This document shows, piece by piece, positions 12,001 to 24,657 of a DNA stretch of 64,000 nucleotides. Under the pieces are notes generated by a model. It searched no databases, was not told the DNA's origin, and saw nothing but the letters and a program-made list of their open reading frames with translations. Both the position numbers and the translations under genes were made by a program. Positions within the stretch are counted from its first letter, which is position 1. Each line of letters starts with the position of its first letter. Source of the stretch: Heterodontus francisci (lineage: Eukaryota); assembly GCF_036365525.1 (NCBI RefSeq), contig NC_090387.1:90127691-90191690 (forward strand). The letters run 5' to 3'.

Positions 12001-12057
12001 CCTTACGTTGCAATACCATTGACAGACTCCAAACATAACTACAGGGATAAACTTTAA
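5958..12057 (+). CDS. Gene A: non-rearranging antigen-receptor-like IgSF receptor (leader-VJ-C1-TM-cytoplasmic), NKp30/VJ-C1-like
   Basis: Exons 5958-6012, 6160-6480, 8477-8782 and 9418-9530 join in frame through canonical phase-1 GT-AG introns with no stops. The terminal exon 11980-12057 is tentative. Confidence 0.85.
6160..6480 (+). CDS. Gene A exon 2, V-set Ig domain with germline-joined J-like G strand
   Basis: Acceptor TTCCTATAG|G. VKVTQ.P...FHC...YWW...DSGVYYC...[11 protein letters not shown]. Donor ACGG|GTAAGT. 321 nt. Confidence 0.95.
7005..7170. mobile_element. Palindromic MITE-like element; related copies at ~9875-10030, 16500-16575 and 20230-20340
   Basis: Inverted arms ATAGCAAATCGGCAGCC / GGACTGTCGATTTGCTAT. 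Confidence 0.5.
7370..7745 (+). mobile_element. DeuSINE (SacSINE1/AmnSINE1-like); minus-strand fragments at ~560-650 and ~22790-22910
   Basis: Deu-domain-like GTACTGAGGGAGTGCTGCACTGTTGGAGATGCC...GGATGTAAAAGATCC...TGTGCAAATTGGCTGC. Confidence 0.75.
8477..8782 (+). CDS. Gene A exon 3, C1-set Ig domain
   Basis: Acceptor TTTTCTAG|TT. LTVVC..SPFYPENISIVWYKDG...NTDGLYEASSQL...YTCLVSH (C1 signatures FYP and YxCxVxH). Donor CAG|GTAAGA. 306 nt. Confidence 0.95.
9418..9530 (+). CDS. Gene A exon 4, connecting peptide and TM (DRENISHSLLISRCAWGGFVFLMVAFIIGMQCHLKRIK)
   Basis: Acceptor ATTTTAG|AT, hydrophobic helix then basic residues, donor AAG|GTAATA. Aligns without gaps to the gene B TM exon. Not in the ORF track. 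Confidence 0.88.
10208..10557 (+). mobile_element. HE1-type V-SINE
   Basis: tRNA head GGCGCAGTGGTTAGCAC...GGTTCAATTC, V-domain GTGGGTTTCCTCCGGGTGCTCCGG, CR1-like tail GGGCCGAAGGGCCTGTTTC, A-rich end. Confidence 0.9.
11980..12057 (+). CDS. Gene A candidate terminal cytoplasmic exon (TDADAKAPYVAIPLTDSKHNYRDKL*)
   Basis: Acceptor TTTCGGTCCCTGCAG|A. Phase 0 matches the TM donor. Contains YxxI. No clear polyA signal found. Confidence 0.5.
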   Translation, partial: TDADAKAPYVAIPLTDSKHNYRDKL

Positions 12058-12849
12058 AGGAAAGGGCAGCATCTGGATGGGAGTCGAAACAGACAGCGTC
12101 AGATTGCTCACCCTAAACCAACAAAATACATCACGATGCAACAAATAGGATGCATCTGGTTCGGAATCGAGCGGTTTTCCTCATGGACGCCCGATTCGCA
12201 ACGTCTGTATTATGCTGGGAAACAAGTCGCATTTGGAATCTATTATGTAAAATCCTGGCTGCTATTGCAACTCCAGGTCTTCTGTTATGTTCCTGTAAAT
12301 CGATTAGTAAAATGTGTATTCCAATGTCACTCGCTTTAGTAGAATTTTCACATGGTTTAGGGTTCACATTATAAATTGTGACTGTCTGTAATGTATTTTG
12401 CTCATTAATATTCAAGACAAAACTACTTTTAATAATGTTTAACACATTGCATAGTTCAGTCATTCCTGACACGTGGCCTGCTAAATCTGAAGCAAATTAT
12501 TAGTTAACGTTTAATCACAAACATGCTTTAATAATATCGGGCTCAGAAATGTTCCGGTTCTGAAATGTAGTGACATTGCGACTGTTCTTTCCTTAAAAAA
12601 ATACAGAACGAATCGCGTAGAATTTCTACGGAAAACTGTCTTCTTAAACATCCCTCCCCGGCCCCTCCACCTCGCCTTCAACAATAAGGGCAAGGAGCAC
12701 ATGGACCTCTTTGTCATGAGATCGAGACCATCCGATCAGCTGCCTCTGCCGCACTCTCCTTTCTATTAGCCCAGGGGGTCAAACTTCCTGCCCTAGGCCT
12801 GAACTTGCAACTTCCTCAACTTTCTGTTATCTCCACTCATGTCCCGTCT

Positions 12850-14540
12850 GAGCTAATCCTTTCCATGTGACCCACCTCCTGCTCCCTCAATCTTATTCCC
12901 ACTAAACTGCTGACAACTAAACTTCCCTCCTGATCCCCATGTAGCCAATATCGCAAATGGTTCTCTGCCTTCAGGTGTTGTCTCTCTCTCCTTTAAATCT
13001 GCCATCATCACCCCTCTATTCAAAAAACAACCTTTGACCCCACCACTCTTGCAAACTATCATCCCTTCTCCAGCCTCCCTTTCTTTTCTGAAGTTCTTCA
13101 ACATTTTGTCACCTTCCAAATCTGTTCCCATCTTTCCCAGTACTCCGTTTAAATCCCTACATTCAGGCTTCCAGCCCTGCTCGAGCACCGAAACAGCTCT
13201 TATCAAAGTCATAAATGGCATCCAATTTGACTGTGACAAAGGCAAACGATCCCTCCTGTCCTTCTCGACCTGTCTGCAACCTTTGTGTTGGAGAAATTTT
13301 TCTGAGCTTTGCTAATTATTACTTAACTTTGTAGAAGCAGAAAAGCAGGACACAGCTTGTAGCTAATCTAACCACAACCAACTTGTAGACAGAGCAGATA
13401 ACCACAATCAGACGTTACGGCCAGATATGGTGTCTGGAGTGGGCATTGAATTAAGGAACTAGCTTGTTATTGTTGAAACTGATGTTTTGCTGACCTCGGA
13501 CTCTGCATGGTGCACAGTCACGTAGGCGGTCTTGTGATCATCTTGTGGGCGTTTATCTAATTGTGAAATTGTTAGCTCTGCCTCTGTTATACTATATAAA
13601 TCCACGGCGATCTGTAGCTCTTTGGGAGTAGCACTGGACCGCCTTTAGGTAAGGTGTGCTGCCCCATGATATCATGCAATAAAGTGTTTGATTTTCAATG
13701 TCTAGTCCGGAGAATTTGTTCAACAATTGGGCACAATCTGGATTTTCTCCAACACTTTGATATGCTGGGTGGGACTGTTTTCACCTGCTTCCATTCTTAT
13801 TTAACGAATCATAGCCAGTAAATCACTTAAAATGTCTTCTGTTCCCACTCTCATACAGTTGCATCAAGTGTCCCCAAGGATCTATCCTCAACTCCCTCCT
13901 ATTTGTTAGCTGCCTCTCGACGACATCATTGATGCACAGCTTTACCTCACTTCAACTTCTCTTGATTCCTCCACTGTTGAGAAGTTATCAGACTGCTTAC
14001 CTGACATCCAGTACTGGATGAGCAGAAATTTCCTGCAATTAAATATTAGGAAGACAGAAGCCCCTTCTTTTGATCCCTGCTCCAAACTCCATTCCCTAGC
14101 AACCAATTCCATCCCTGTCTGCAATCGGCTACCAGTCAAACAATTTCTCGATTTTAAAATTCTCATCCTTGTTTTGAAATCCCTCCATGTTCTAGCCCAT
14201 CCCTATCTCTGTAATCTACTCCAGTTCCACAATTCCCAGAGATAGTGTGATCATCTACTTTTGGCTTCTTGAGTGTCTGATGTTATTCCTTCCAGTACTG
14301 GTGGCCATCGCTTCAGTTGCCTAGGCCCTAAGCTCTGGAATTCCCTCCCCACACGTCCACACCTTTCTACCCCGCTTTCCTCCTCTAACACACTGCTTAA
14401 AACGATTCTCTTAGGTCAAGATTTTGGCATTTTATCGAATATCTCGGTGTCTTATTTTATAATGCTGCTGTGGAAACGCCTTGGGACCTTTTATTACGTT
14501 AACAGCGTTTAACAAATATAAGTTTTTAATGTTGTTGTCG
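12850..14540 (+). mobile_element. L2-clade LINE fragment split by a solo LTR
   Basis: HSGFQPCSSTETALIKVIN, WMSRNFLQLNIRKTEA and FSCLGPKLWNSLP, with a TTG-type tail. Confidence 0.8.
13286..13754 (+). mobile_element. Solo LTR with 5-bp TSD CTTTG
   Basis: Termini TGTTGGAGAAA...TTTCTCCAACA. CTTTG at 13281-13285 and 13755-13759. Internal TATATAAA (~13593) and AATAAA (~13678). Confidence 0.88.
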
Positions 14541-14791
14541 TAGAAACTGGAGACAAGAAGAACTTTCTTTTTACCCTTTAACTCAGTTCGATTTCAGGAG
14601 AAAGATTTGTCTGAATGTTTTGCAATGGAATGTCCCGGTGTTTTCTAAAGGTATTCTCCATATTGTTGCTTTATACGCAATTTTTAAATAAAGTAGCCAT
14701 TAAATCATGATTCTAGCATTTAGGCGTAAATGGTTTAGCGCTAATAGTTTAAATCATGTCATCATTTTGATAACAAATATTGCAATACTCT

Positions 14792-15003
14792 AAAATAAAA
14801 GCAAAATACTGCGGATGCTGGAAATCTGAAATAAAAACTAGAAATGCTGGAACCACTCAGCAGGTCTGGCAGCATCTGTGGAAAGAGAAGTAGAGTTAAC
14901 GTTTCGGGTCAGTGATCCTTCTCACTGTCCCGAAACGTTAACTCTGCTTCTCTTTCCACAGACGCTGCCAGACCTGCTAAGTGGTTCCAGCATTTCTTGC
15001 TTT
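14792..15003. mobile_element. Hairpin-shaped non-autonomous Penelope-repeat element with 14-bp TSD
   Basis: Inverted copies of AGAAATGCTGGAACCACTCAGCAGGTCTGGCAGCATCTGTGG. TATTGCAATACTCT at 14778-14791 and 15004-15017. Confidence 0.85.
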
Positions 15004-15334
15004 TATTGCAATACTCTGATTGCCAAGCAAGATTTTTTACTGGCGTTTCTTTCCTTCAGCAGGTGCGTTTGCTGCAATATCAGGCACACAATAAAGTATT
15101 TCAGAAATTGCAGATTAAAAACCCAAGCTTGGCGCTAATTTGCCAATGTCTTACTATTCATCTCCCTGTTTTACAAACTTGGCGCCGTTCCGCTCTCTGG
15201 CCGCATCTTTCATTTGAGGACGTCGGTATCTGCTGACAACACCCCAAGCTCATGTATCTGAGACATGTTTGTTTTCATAACCTGTACATATCATGGATCT
15301 CAGTGAAGAGGTCCAAGCAAATTAAAATTGGCAA

Positions 15335-15926
15335 GTCATGTTGCAGCCGTACAGAAACTTAGTTAGGCCACACTTAGAATATTGCGTGCAATTCTGGTCG
15401 CCACACTACCAGAAGGACGTGGAGGCTTTGGAGAGGGTACAGAAGAGGTTTACCAGGGTGTTGCCTGGTCTGGAGGGCATTGGCTATGAGGAGAGGTTGG
15501 AAAAACTCGGATTGTTTTCACTGGAACGACGGAGGGGCGACATGATAGAGGTTTACAAAGTTATGAGCGGCATGGACAGAGTGGATAGTCAGAAGCTTTT
15601 TCCCAGGGTGGAAGAGTCAGTTACTAGGGGTCATAGGTTTAAGGTGCGAGGGGCAAAGTTTAGAGGGGATGTGCGAGGCAAGTTTTTTACACAGAGGGTG
15701 GTGAGTGCCTGGAACTTGCTGCCATGGGAGGTGGTGGAAGCAGATACGATAGCGACGTTTAAGAGACATCTTGACAAATAGATGAATAGGAAGGGAATAG
15801 AGGGATATGGGCTCCGGAAGTGCAGAAGGTGTTAGTTTAGGCAGGCATCAAGATCGGCTCAGGTTTGGAGGGCCGAATGGCCTGTTCCTTTGCTGTACTG
15901 TTCTTTGTTCTTTGTTCTTTGTTCTT
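15335..15926 (+). mobile_element. Young CR1 3' fragment
   Basis: [17 protein letters not shown]...FFTQRVVSAWN, with a (TGTTCTT)n tail. Confidence 0.93.
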
Positions 15927-17799
15927 AGTTCAATAAGATAACGGCCTTCTCTGGTGTTCTACTGGTACTACAGATTTGTTTAAGTCCTGTCGACATATCT
16001 TTCATTATCCCGATACGATCCAATGTGCAGTATTGCGGGTCAGGTTACCAGACTGCCAGAGCGGCTTAATACACATTGTACTACACAAACAGGCAAGGTA
16101 AGATAATATTTGTTATTCAGCAAATTCTAGGGCATCGTGATTTCGATAAGCTCCCGCTCATTAATCAGTCCTGACGGTAACCAGAAAATAAACAGGAAGG
16201 TACCTGACAGTAATGGAATTCGCCAATTTCAAATGCGCAATAATGGGTTATACGTGCGTGTGCATATATATATGATATGCTGTGAAGAATAAAAGTGATC
16301 TTGAGTCAACCCACTAGCCTACCTTTGCCGCATTTTTCCTGTATCCTAAGGTAAAGTTCCTCATTCAGTTTTGTGCTCATAAAGGTGAGAGAAGTCCTGC
16401 TGAACGGACCTCTTCCACCATGAGATAGTGGAGTTGCATTTTCGTATTTACTCCGTGGGCGCAGAACAGGAAGGAAATCTGGCGGGGAATTTCACTTGGC
16501 CTGAATAGAACCCGCCAGATTTTCCTCCCGTTAGTTTCAATGGGACGAAATTCCGGCGAGTTCTGTTACCGGCCTGTAAATGTACCGACCACATTTTCCT
16601 TGCTGCGCGCGCCGCCCAGCCAATGCTCAGCTCAAAACGACTGAAGTACACCTCCAAACATCATGTAAAAATAGTGTTCTGTTCGTAACCACATTTCAAG
16701 CTGTCCACTGTTAACTTCTGACTCTTAATTTCTTCTGTGCTTAAAGATCAAATCCAAATTCAACTCCTTCCAGTTCTTAGACTTTTAGTTAATAAGACAT
16801 CAGATGAAAGCCTCCGTTGTTCAAAGTTGTTGCACGTATGAGGAAAATCAACAAGAAGTGAACGAATGGGCTACAAATAAAGCCGAGGCAAATTTCATTC
16901 CATAAGTGTTTATAGAATCATACAGGCAGGAGGGGACCATTCGGCACCTTGAATCTGTTCAACTGTTCAATTAGATCACGTCTAATTGGACCTTAAATCC
17001 CTTACCCGCCTTTTCTCGATATCCCTTGACTTTCTAATATTCTACATTTTCTGACATCCATTATATTGGCACCCCTCCCAACACAGGGAAGATTGCAGAT
17101 CTCAATTATCCTACAAACCGAACCGTTTGCAGTGCCCCCTCCCCACTCCGATCAGTTATGTACTTTCACTCAAATCTCATCATCTGTTGAATTCTGCTGC
17201 ATGTTAAACTCCAAGGCCTTTGCAACTGCTGTTAGCATCTTGTACCTCAGTGGCAGCCAGGGTCGAAATAGCGAATTGATGCTTTGAGCAATATCGGGCA
17301 GTAACTCCTGATGTAAACTGCGCTCAGACTCGACAGCAAGCTGTAATTTTAGCTATTAGCCATTTTAACAAGAAATAAACAAATTATCACACTGAAGTGA
17401 GGTGAAACGGGCTTTGGTTTTAAACTATCAGACAAAATCATAATTTTATCCTTATATTTAAGTTTTGTATCAATAAGAAAGCACTTTCATATCAAATTTG
17501 AGTTTAAGGCAAAATAATGTCGAACACATTCGTCAAGCTTGAAAAACATTAAACATAACACGGCACTTTTTATTACTTTTATTTTGTTTCCAAAAACTAT
17601 ACATGAAATGTAAAAGCACTAACATAGATTAACCGGTTTCCGATATTTTAGGTCGTGATCTTGTTGAGTTGAACAACGTACTTTCTCATATTAATACATT
17701 TCACTTAAATCCTGAAGCTCCTGTGATCTCCCGTTACTTACAGATTTCTGCATCAGCAGGGGGCCGGTCTAACCAAATCGCCATTTCGAAAAACACGTA

Positions 17800-19560
17800 T
17801 GAGTAAATGATAGGCAACACGGATTTGTTGAAGGCAAATCGTGTCCTGCATAGTTGACTGCTCTTTACTTAAAAAATTGAAAAAGGTAGGGAACGCTGGT
17901 GTAGTTAATGTTGTGCACATTGACTTTCAAAGGGCAGTTGCTAAGGTATCATTTAATAGAGTTACGAGCAAAATTGAATCCCAAGGGATTAAATTGGCCG
18001 TCGTGGTATGTGTACGAAATTGGTAAGGTGCAGAAAACAAAATACTGGTTAATGGCTATTTTAAAGCAGGGGTGGGAGAAGGGGTAGTAAACAATAATAT
18101 TCCCAGGGTCAGTATTGGGATAACTACTTTTTTGATATGAATTAATATATATTAATGACCTGGACTTGATATACAGTGCATAATTCCAAAGCTTGAAGTT
18201 GATACGATTGGCAGAACTGTGAGAAGCTACTGTCGTAAATTGTGAGAAGCTACTGAATCTGTCTTCACTCAGGGGATAATGCTGCTAATATCGCAGCAAA
18301 GAAGAACGCGGTGGAAAAATTGGTTAGGTTAGAAATAGACAGAGGAGGTACTTACACGTCAGGCCGCATACAAAGTAAAAAAGTCACCCGGTCCAGAATG
18401 GATGCATCCCAAGTTGCTGAGTACATAGTTTATAATCGGAAATAGCAGAGGATTTGAACGCAAACTTTCATCTTTCTTGGATATGGGAGTAGTGCCAGAG
18501 AATGGAAGCGTTGCAAATCTTGCACCCCTGTTCAAAAAAAGTAGGTAAACAAACCAGTTAAGTACAGGCCAGACAGTCTAATGTACCTTTGTGAGGAGTC
18601 TTCAAGAGACCATAATCCGTGAAAACGTGTAAAGAAAATTGGTTAATAAATGACAGTCAACATAGATTTGATTAAGGCAAATCGTTTCTGACAAACTTAA
18701 TATATATTATTGACCTGGACTTGGATTTGTGGGGAATAAGTTTAAATCAGATAACACAAAGCTTGGAACTGTAAGGAGGAAAGTAAAAGACTTCAGGAGC
18801 ACATCGGTAAACATGATCGGTGAAATATCATAGCTGTGAAGCGATGCATTTTCTAAGGAACAGTGAAGATAGGCAATATAAATTAAATGGTAAAACTGGT
18901 GCAAGAACAGAGAGACCTGGGAGTTACCATATACTAATTCTTGAAGGTGCAGGGGAAGTTGATAATATTGTTAAAAAAAAGGGAATCCTCGGCTTTATAA
19001 ATGGAGGCATAGAAGCATTGAATAGAGAAGCAGGGAAGTTATGCTAAACCTTTATGAATCACAGGTTAGGCCTCAACTGGAGCATTGTGGCCAATTCTGC
19101 GTACCACACTTTAGGAAGGGTGTCAAGGCCTTGGAGAAAAAGCAGACGAGATTCACCAAAATGGTATCGGAGAACAGGGACTTCAGCTAGATGGAGAGAC
19201 GTGAGAAACAGAGATTGTTCTCCTGAGAGCAGAGGAGGTGAATGGGAGTTTTAATAGATGTGTTCAAAATGTTGTGGGGTTTTGATAAAATAGATAGCGA
19301 TAAACTGTTTGCATTGGCAGTGGGGTCGATAACCCGAGAACACGGATAATTGACAACAATCCAGCGATTCGATCTGATCCGGAATGCACCAGCTGTGGTG
19401 GATGACGATTCAATAATACCGTTCATATATTTGAAAAGGAGGAATATGGGAAACGAGCAGGTGTGTGGAACCGATTGAATAGTTTCTCCAAAGATTCCGC
19501 ACAGGCACTACGGGCCGAATGGGCTCTGTCTCTCCTGACTGCTTCTTTAATTCTATGCTC
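17800..19560 (+). mobile_element. Patchwork of old CR1 fragments
   Basis: Degenerate HGFV.GKSC, DFQRAVAKV, KSPGP.WMHP and 3' UTR motifs. Confidence 0.75.
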
Positions 19561-19689
19561 GGGCGGATATCATGTTTGAATGTTTCCTGCGCAGAGCAAT
19601 GCCAGCAGGCCCCAAAATCCAGACTCCATCCATTCGCAGTTTCAGTCAGTGCGGGTCCACAGCCTTGACGTTTCCCTTCCGCCGTTGTT

Positions 19690-22600
19690 AGGCTGACTGC
19701 CCTGTAAATATTGGTTTAGTCTTCCTTCCTTTTCTGAACAGGGGTGTAACTTTTGCAAAGCTCGGGTTCTTTGGCACCAATCCCTTATCCAAGGAGGATT
19801 GAAACATCATGGCTATAGCTTTCGCTATTTTCATCCTTACTTGCCTCAGCAACACAGTATGCATCCCATCTTGACCCGGTGACTTTCCTTCCTGAGTTCT
19901 GCACGTATTTTCAGCACACCCTCTTTTTGAATTTTTATCCTCTACAATGTCTGTACCGGGCAACCCCCCCTGCCCTGCAACCGCCCCCCCCCCCCCCCCC
20001 CCACCCCCTCCACCACCACCCCCACTCTTTTATTTTGACAATGACAGCATGTTCTCATTTAGTGAAGACAGATACAAAGTTAGCAGCTCAACCATACGGT
20101 CTGCCTCCACAAAAGTTGTTCTCTAATCAGTTGCACCGTTCATTTTACTCCCCAAGCAGATAAATCCTATTTCAGAACCCCATGTTCGGTTAGTAGCTTG
20201 AATTACTCGAAAATTAATCGGAATGTGGATTTAGTTTTTATGGGGTATAAATTTGCCTTGGGCAGAAACGCAAAGTGGACGGTAGCATATCTGTAGCCTC
20301 ATTTGCTCTCTGTTCGATTTTCCTATCCATTGAAGTAGAACCATAGAACCGTAGAAAAATTACGGCACAGAAGGAGGTCATTCAGCCCGTCGTGTCCGTG
20401 CCTAGCCGGAAAAACACTAGCCGCTCAATCTACTCCCACCTTCCAGCACCTGGTCCGTAGCTTGTCGGTTACAACACTTCAGGTGCAGGTCCAGGTACCT
20501 TTTAAAAGAATTGAGGGTTTCTGCTTCCATCATCGTTCCTGACAGTGAATTGCAGACACTCACCATCCTCTGGGTGAAAAGGGATTTCCTCAGGTCCCCT
20601 CTAATCCTTCGACCAGTCACCTTAAATTTGTGCCCCTGGTAATTGACGTCTCCACTACGGGAAACATCCCTTCCGTCTACTCTATCTGGCCCCCTCATAA
20701 TTTTGTACATCTCTATTAAGTCACCCCTCTACCTCCTGTGTTCTAAGGAAAACAACGCTAGCCTATCTTTCCGCTTAGCTGCAACCTTCGAGCCCTGGCA
20801 ACATTCATGTTAATCTCCTCTGTACTCTCCTGCGAAATTATGTCCTTCCTGTAACGTGGTGACCAGAACTGTGCACAATACTCCAACTGTGGCCTAACCA
20901 GCGCTTTATACAATTCCAGCATTACATCCCTGCGTTTGAATTCTATACCTTGGCCAATAAAGGAAAGCATGCCATATGCCTTCTTTACCACTCTATCTAC
21001 CTGTCCTGCCACCTTCAGGGACCTGTGGACATGCACTGCAAGGTCTCTCACTTCTACCCCTTTCAATATCCTCCCGTTTATTGTGTATTCCCTCGCTTTA
21101 TTTGCCCACCCCAAATGTATTACCTCATATTTCTTTCTACATTGGATTGCATTTGACACTTTTCTGCCCACTCAACCAAACCATTGATATAATTCTGGAG
21201 TCTACAACTATCCTCTTCACAATCAACCACATGCCCAACTTTTGTATCATCAGCAGATTTTTTTAATCAAGCTTTCCACATTAAAGTCCAAATCATTAAT
21301 ATATAGTACAAACAGCAAGGGATCCAACACTGAGCCCTGTTGAACGGCACTGGAAACAGCTTTCCATCTGCAAAAACCTCCGTCCACTACTACCCTTTAT
21401 TTCCTGTCCCTGAGCCAATTCTGGATATAACCTGCCCTACTCCCCTGTATGCCATGGACTTTCACTTTATTGACCAGTCTGTCATGTGGGACCTTGTCAA
21501 ATGCCTTACTGAAGTCCATGTAGATTACATCCATTGCACTACTCTTACCAATCCTTCTGGTTACTTCATGGAACATAGAACAGAGAACATAGAATAGTAC
21601 AGCACAGTACAGGCCCTTCGGCCCACGATGTTGTGCCGAACCTTTAACCTACTCTAAGATCAAACTAACTACCTACCCTTCATTCTACTATCATCCATGT
21701 ACCTATCCAAGAGTCGCTTAAACGTCCCTAATGTATCTGCTTCTACTACCACCACTGGCAGCGCATTCCACGCACCCACCCACTACTTCGTCAAAACAAA
21801 AATCAATTAAGTTCGTAAGACATGACCTTCCCCTACAAGTCCCGGCTAGCTATCCCTGATTAATCCGTGCCTTTCTAAGTGGCAGTATATCCTGTGCCTC
21901 AGAATAAATTCTAGCAATTTACGCACCACCGAGGTCAGACTGACCTACCTATAAATATTTGACCTATCCCTCGCACCCTTTTTAAACAATGGTACAACGT
22001 TTGCAGACCTCCAATCGTCTGGTTCCTCTACTGTATCCAGTGAGGATTTGAAGATGATCCGCACCCCATCCATTATTCGCTCCCTGGCTTCCTTTACCAA
22101 CCTGAGATGCAATCCATCCAGCCTGGCGATTTATCCAAGGATTTTCAAGGATGTCAGACCCTCTAATCTGGCGGTAGTGAGTGCAATGAGTCAAAATATT
22201 ATAATTGCATTATAAGAAATAGGAGCAAGAGAAGACCATTCGGCCCCTCTAGCCTGATCTGATTGTGGCCTTAACTCCACTTTCCTGCTGCCCCCATAAC
22301 TCTTAACTACCTTGTATATCAAAATTATCTCTACCTCAGCCTTGAATATAATCAATGATCCAGCCTTCACTGATCTCATGGGAAGATAATTCCAAAGATT
22401 AATGACCTTCTGAGAGATGAAATTCCTCCTCATCTCTGCCTTAAAAAGGAGACCCCTTATTTTGAAACTGTGTCCCTGAGTTCAAGATTCCCCTACGAGG
22501 GGAACATCCTCTCAGCCTGTCAACAACCGCCCCCGACCACCTCCCCCCACCCCCCTCTACCCCCGCCAGAATCTTACATGTTTCAACAATCTCATTCTTC

Positions 22601-22760
22601 TCAACTCCAATGAGTACAGGCCCAACCTGCTCAAGGTTTCATGATAGGAAAGCCCCTTCATCACAGCAATCAGCCGAGTGAACCTTCTGTGAACTGTTTC
22701 CAATGCAAGTATATGCCTCCTTCAGTAAAGAGAACAAAACTGTACGCAATATTGTAGGTG
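19690..22760 (-). mobile_element. Minus-strand CR1 fragments, including a young CR1 tail nested at ~21568-21783
   Basis: KSPGQDGMH, KKAYGMLSFI, LYKALVRPQLEYC. The nested tail is near-identical to 27590-27790 reversed and is flanked by TACTTC. Confidence 0.85.
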
Positions 22761-24315
22761 CAGTCGCACTGTCCAGTTTTTCTCATCCGAAAGCCTGCAC
22801 CTGTAGAAGTGCAGCACTCCCTCAGCATTCAACTTAAATGTCAGCTTGGTTTACGTGCTTAAACGGTTGAAGGCCAGAGGACAGACTGTCACCAATGAGC
22901 CAACACTAGAACTGACAGATTAGAAAGACGACAGTTACTTGAGTAACTTAGTAGGATCTAACATAAGATGAGTGGAGTTCACAGAAAATCCAGAAAGTAG
23001 TCAAAAACTACAAGTCAAAAACTCTAAACAAGACATAGTTTTAAAACAGATATCGGAAAGTGTATTTTGTTTTTGCTCACAGCTAAAATAATACTTCAAC
23101 TGTTTGCACTGCAAACGATAATGGGAGAGCTGGGTTTCAAGGCCACGAATTTTAGTGGACAAACTGTTCTTGTGTTGTTTCTTGACTGTTCCTGTTCTCA
23201 TCGTCCATTTAACACTGATCTGCTATCCAGTGCGTCACTGTTGTTTGAGTATTCGCAGAAGGTCTGGAGAAAAGAGAATTAAGTTCATGGGATATTGATG
23301 AAGTTTTTATTTGCCTTTTGCTATTTTACTGATTCATAAGAAGAAAGCTAATACTTAGAAGTAGTGTAGATTGTAGAGATGTGAAACGAAGACAGAAATA
23401 CAGGGCAGTTTAGTCCGCATCTGTGAGGAGAACATATAAGTTACTGCTTCGGATGCGAACTCCATTTCAAAACTAAAAATTAAAGGCGCGACGGCATATT
23501 GGTACAACATGTAATCGCTCCTCTTTCGACTTGTAGGGGTAAAAAATTCTCTAATCCATTGCTGTAGCGACATCGTGAATATCGTTCGCTAGAAATATCG
23601 AACAGGTGAAATCAAAGAATGGTGACAACACAGAAAGGGCCATTTGGCCCGTCGAGTCGGTGCCAGCTCTCTGGAAGAACATCCACCTCGTCCCACTCCT
23701 CCACCCTTTCCCATCAGCCCTGCATTTTTCCTCTTCAAGGACTAAGCTAATTTCCTTTTGAAAGTCATGATTGAATCTGCCTCCATCGCCTAACAGACAC
23801 TGCACTGAAGATTATAACCGGTAGCTGCTTAAAAAAAGCTTTTCCTTCAAGTTTATATACAATTTGTATGCTTATTTTGGAGGAGAAAACATTTCTGCTG
23901 TCCTTTATATGCACCGAATTGCAGTTGTCTCAAAAGTGCATACGAATTCGTATCACAAAGCGTTAAGTCGTTATCCCCATTACCTTGTAACGTGTAATCA
24001 AAATGGCGCCACATGACCACACCACGATAAAGCCAAAAAACGATCATAATTGATTAGTTGGATCATGCCAGGAACTCTATAATAAAGACTGTAATAACCA
24101 AGTTTTAAAATGAGATATATTGCTGTGCTTTCATGCGCGATCTTACAGCTGAATGCAAAATTCAATACCCGATCGAAAGTAATAGATATGAATGTCATGC
24201 AGTGCAGAATAAAGCGCTGAAAAGTTTGGATTGTATGAATGCAAAGATTTCAAATTAAATCCGGGAAATGGGAGACAAACCGTAACTGGAATAAGAAATA
24301 TTTTTTACAAAAAGT

Positions 24316-24657
24316 AGCGCAGTAGTTAGCACCGCAGCCTCACAGCTCCGGCGACCCGGAGTTCAATTCTGGGTACTGCCTGCGCGGTGTTTGCAAGTTC
24401 TCCCTGTGTCTGCGTGGGTTTCCTTCGGGTTCTCCGGTTTCCTCCCACATGCCAAAGACTTGCAGGTTGATAGGTAAATTGGCCATTATAAATTGCCCCT
24501 AGTATAGGGAGGGAAATATAGGGACAGGTGGGGATGTGGTAGGAATATGGAATTAGTGTAGGATTAGTATAAATGGGTGGTTGATGGGCGGCACAGACCC
24601 GGTGGGCCGAAGGGCCTGTTTCAGTGCTGTATCTATAAAAATATAAATAAATAAATA
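24316..24657 (+). mobile_element. HE1-type V-SINE, second copy
   Basis: Highly similar to 10208-10557 along its length. Confidence 0.9.

Noticed and set aside
16031-16097. Exon-like segment encoding GQVTRLPER, similar to a V-domain A strand
   Set aside because: Wrong phase for a V exon, and no Cys/Trp framework follows; probably chance.
19970-20030. Proline/histidine-rich ORF
   Set aside because: Translation of a poly-C low-complexity tract; similar G/C runs occur at ~960, 35990, 37735 and 50450.
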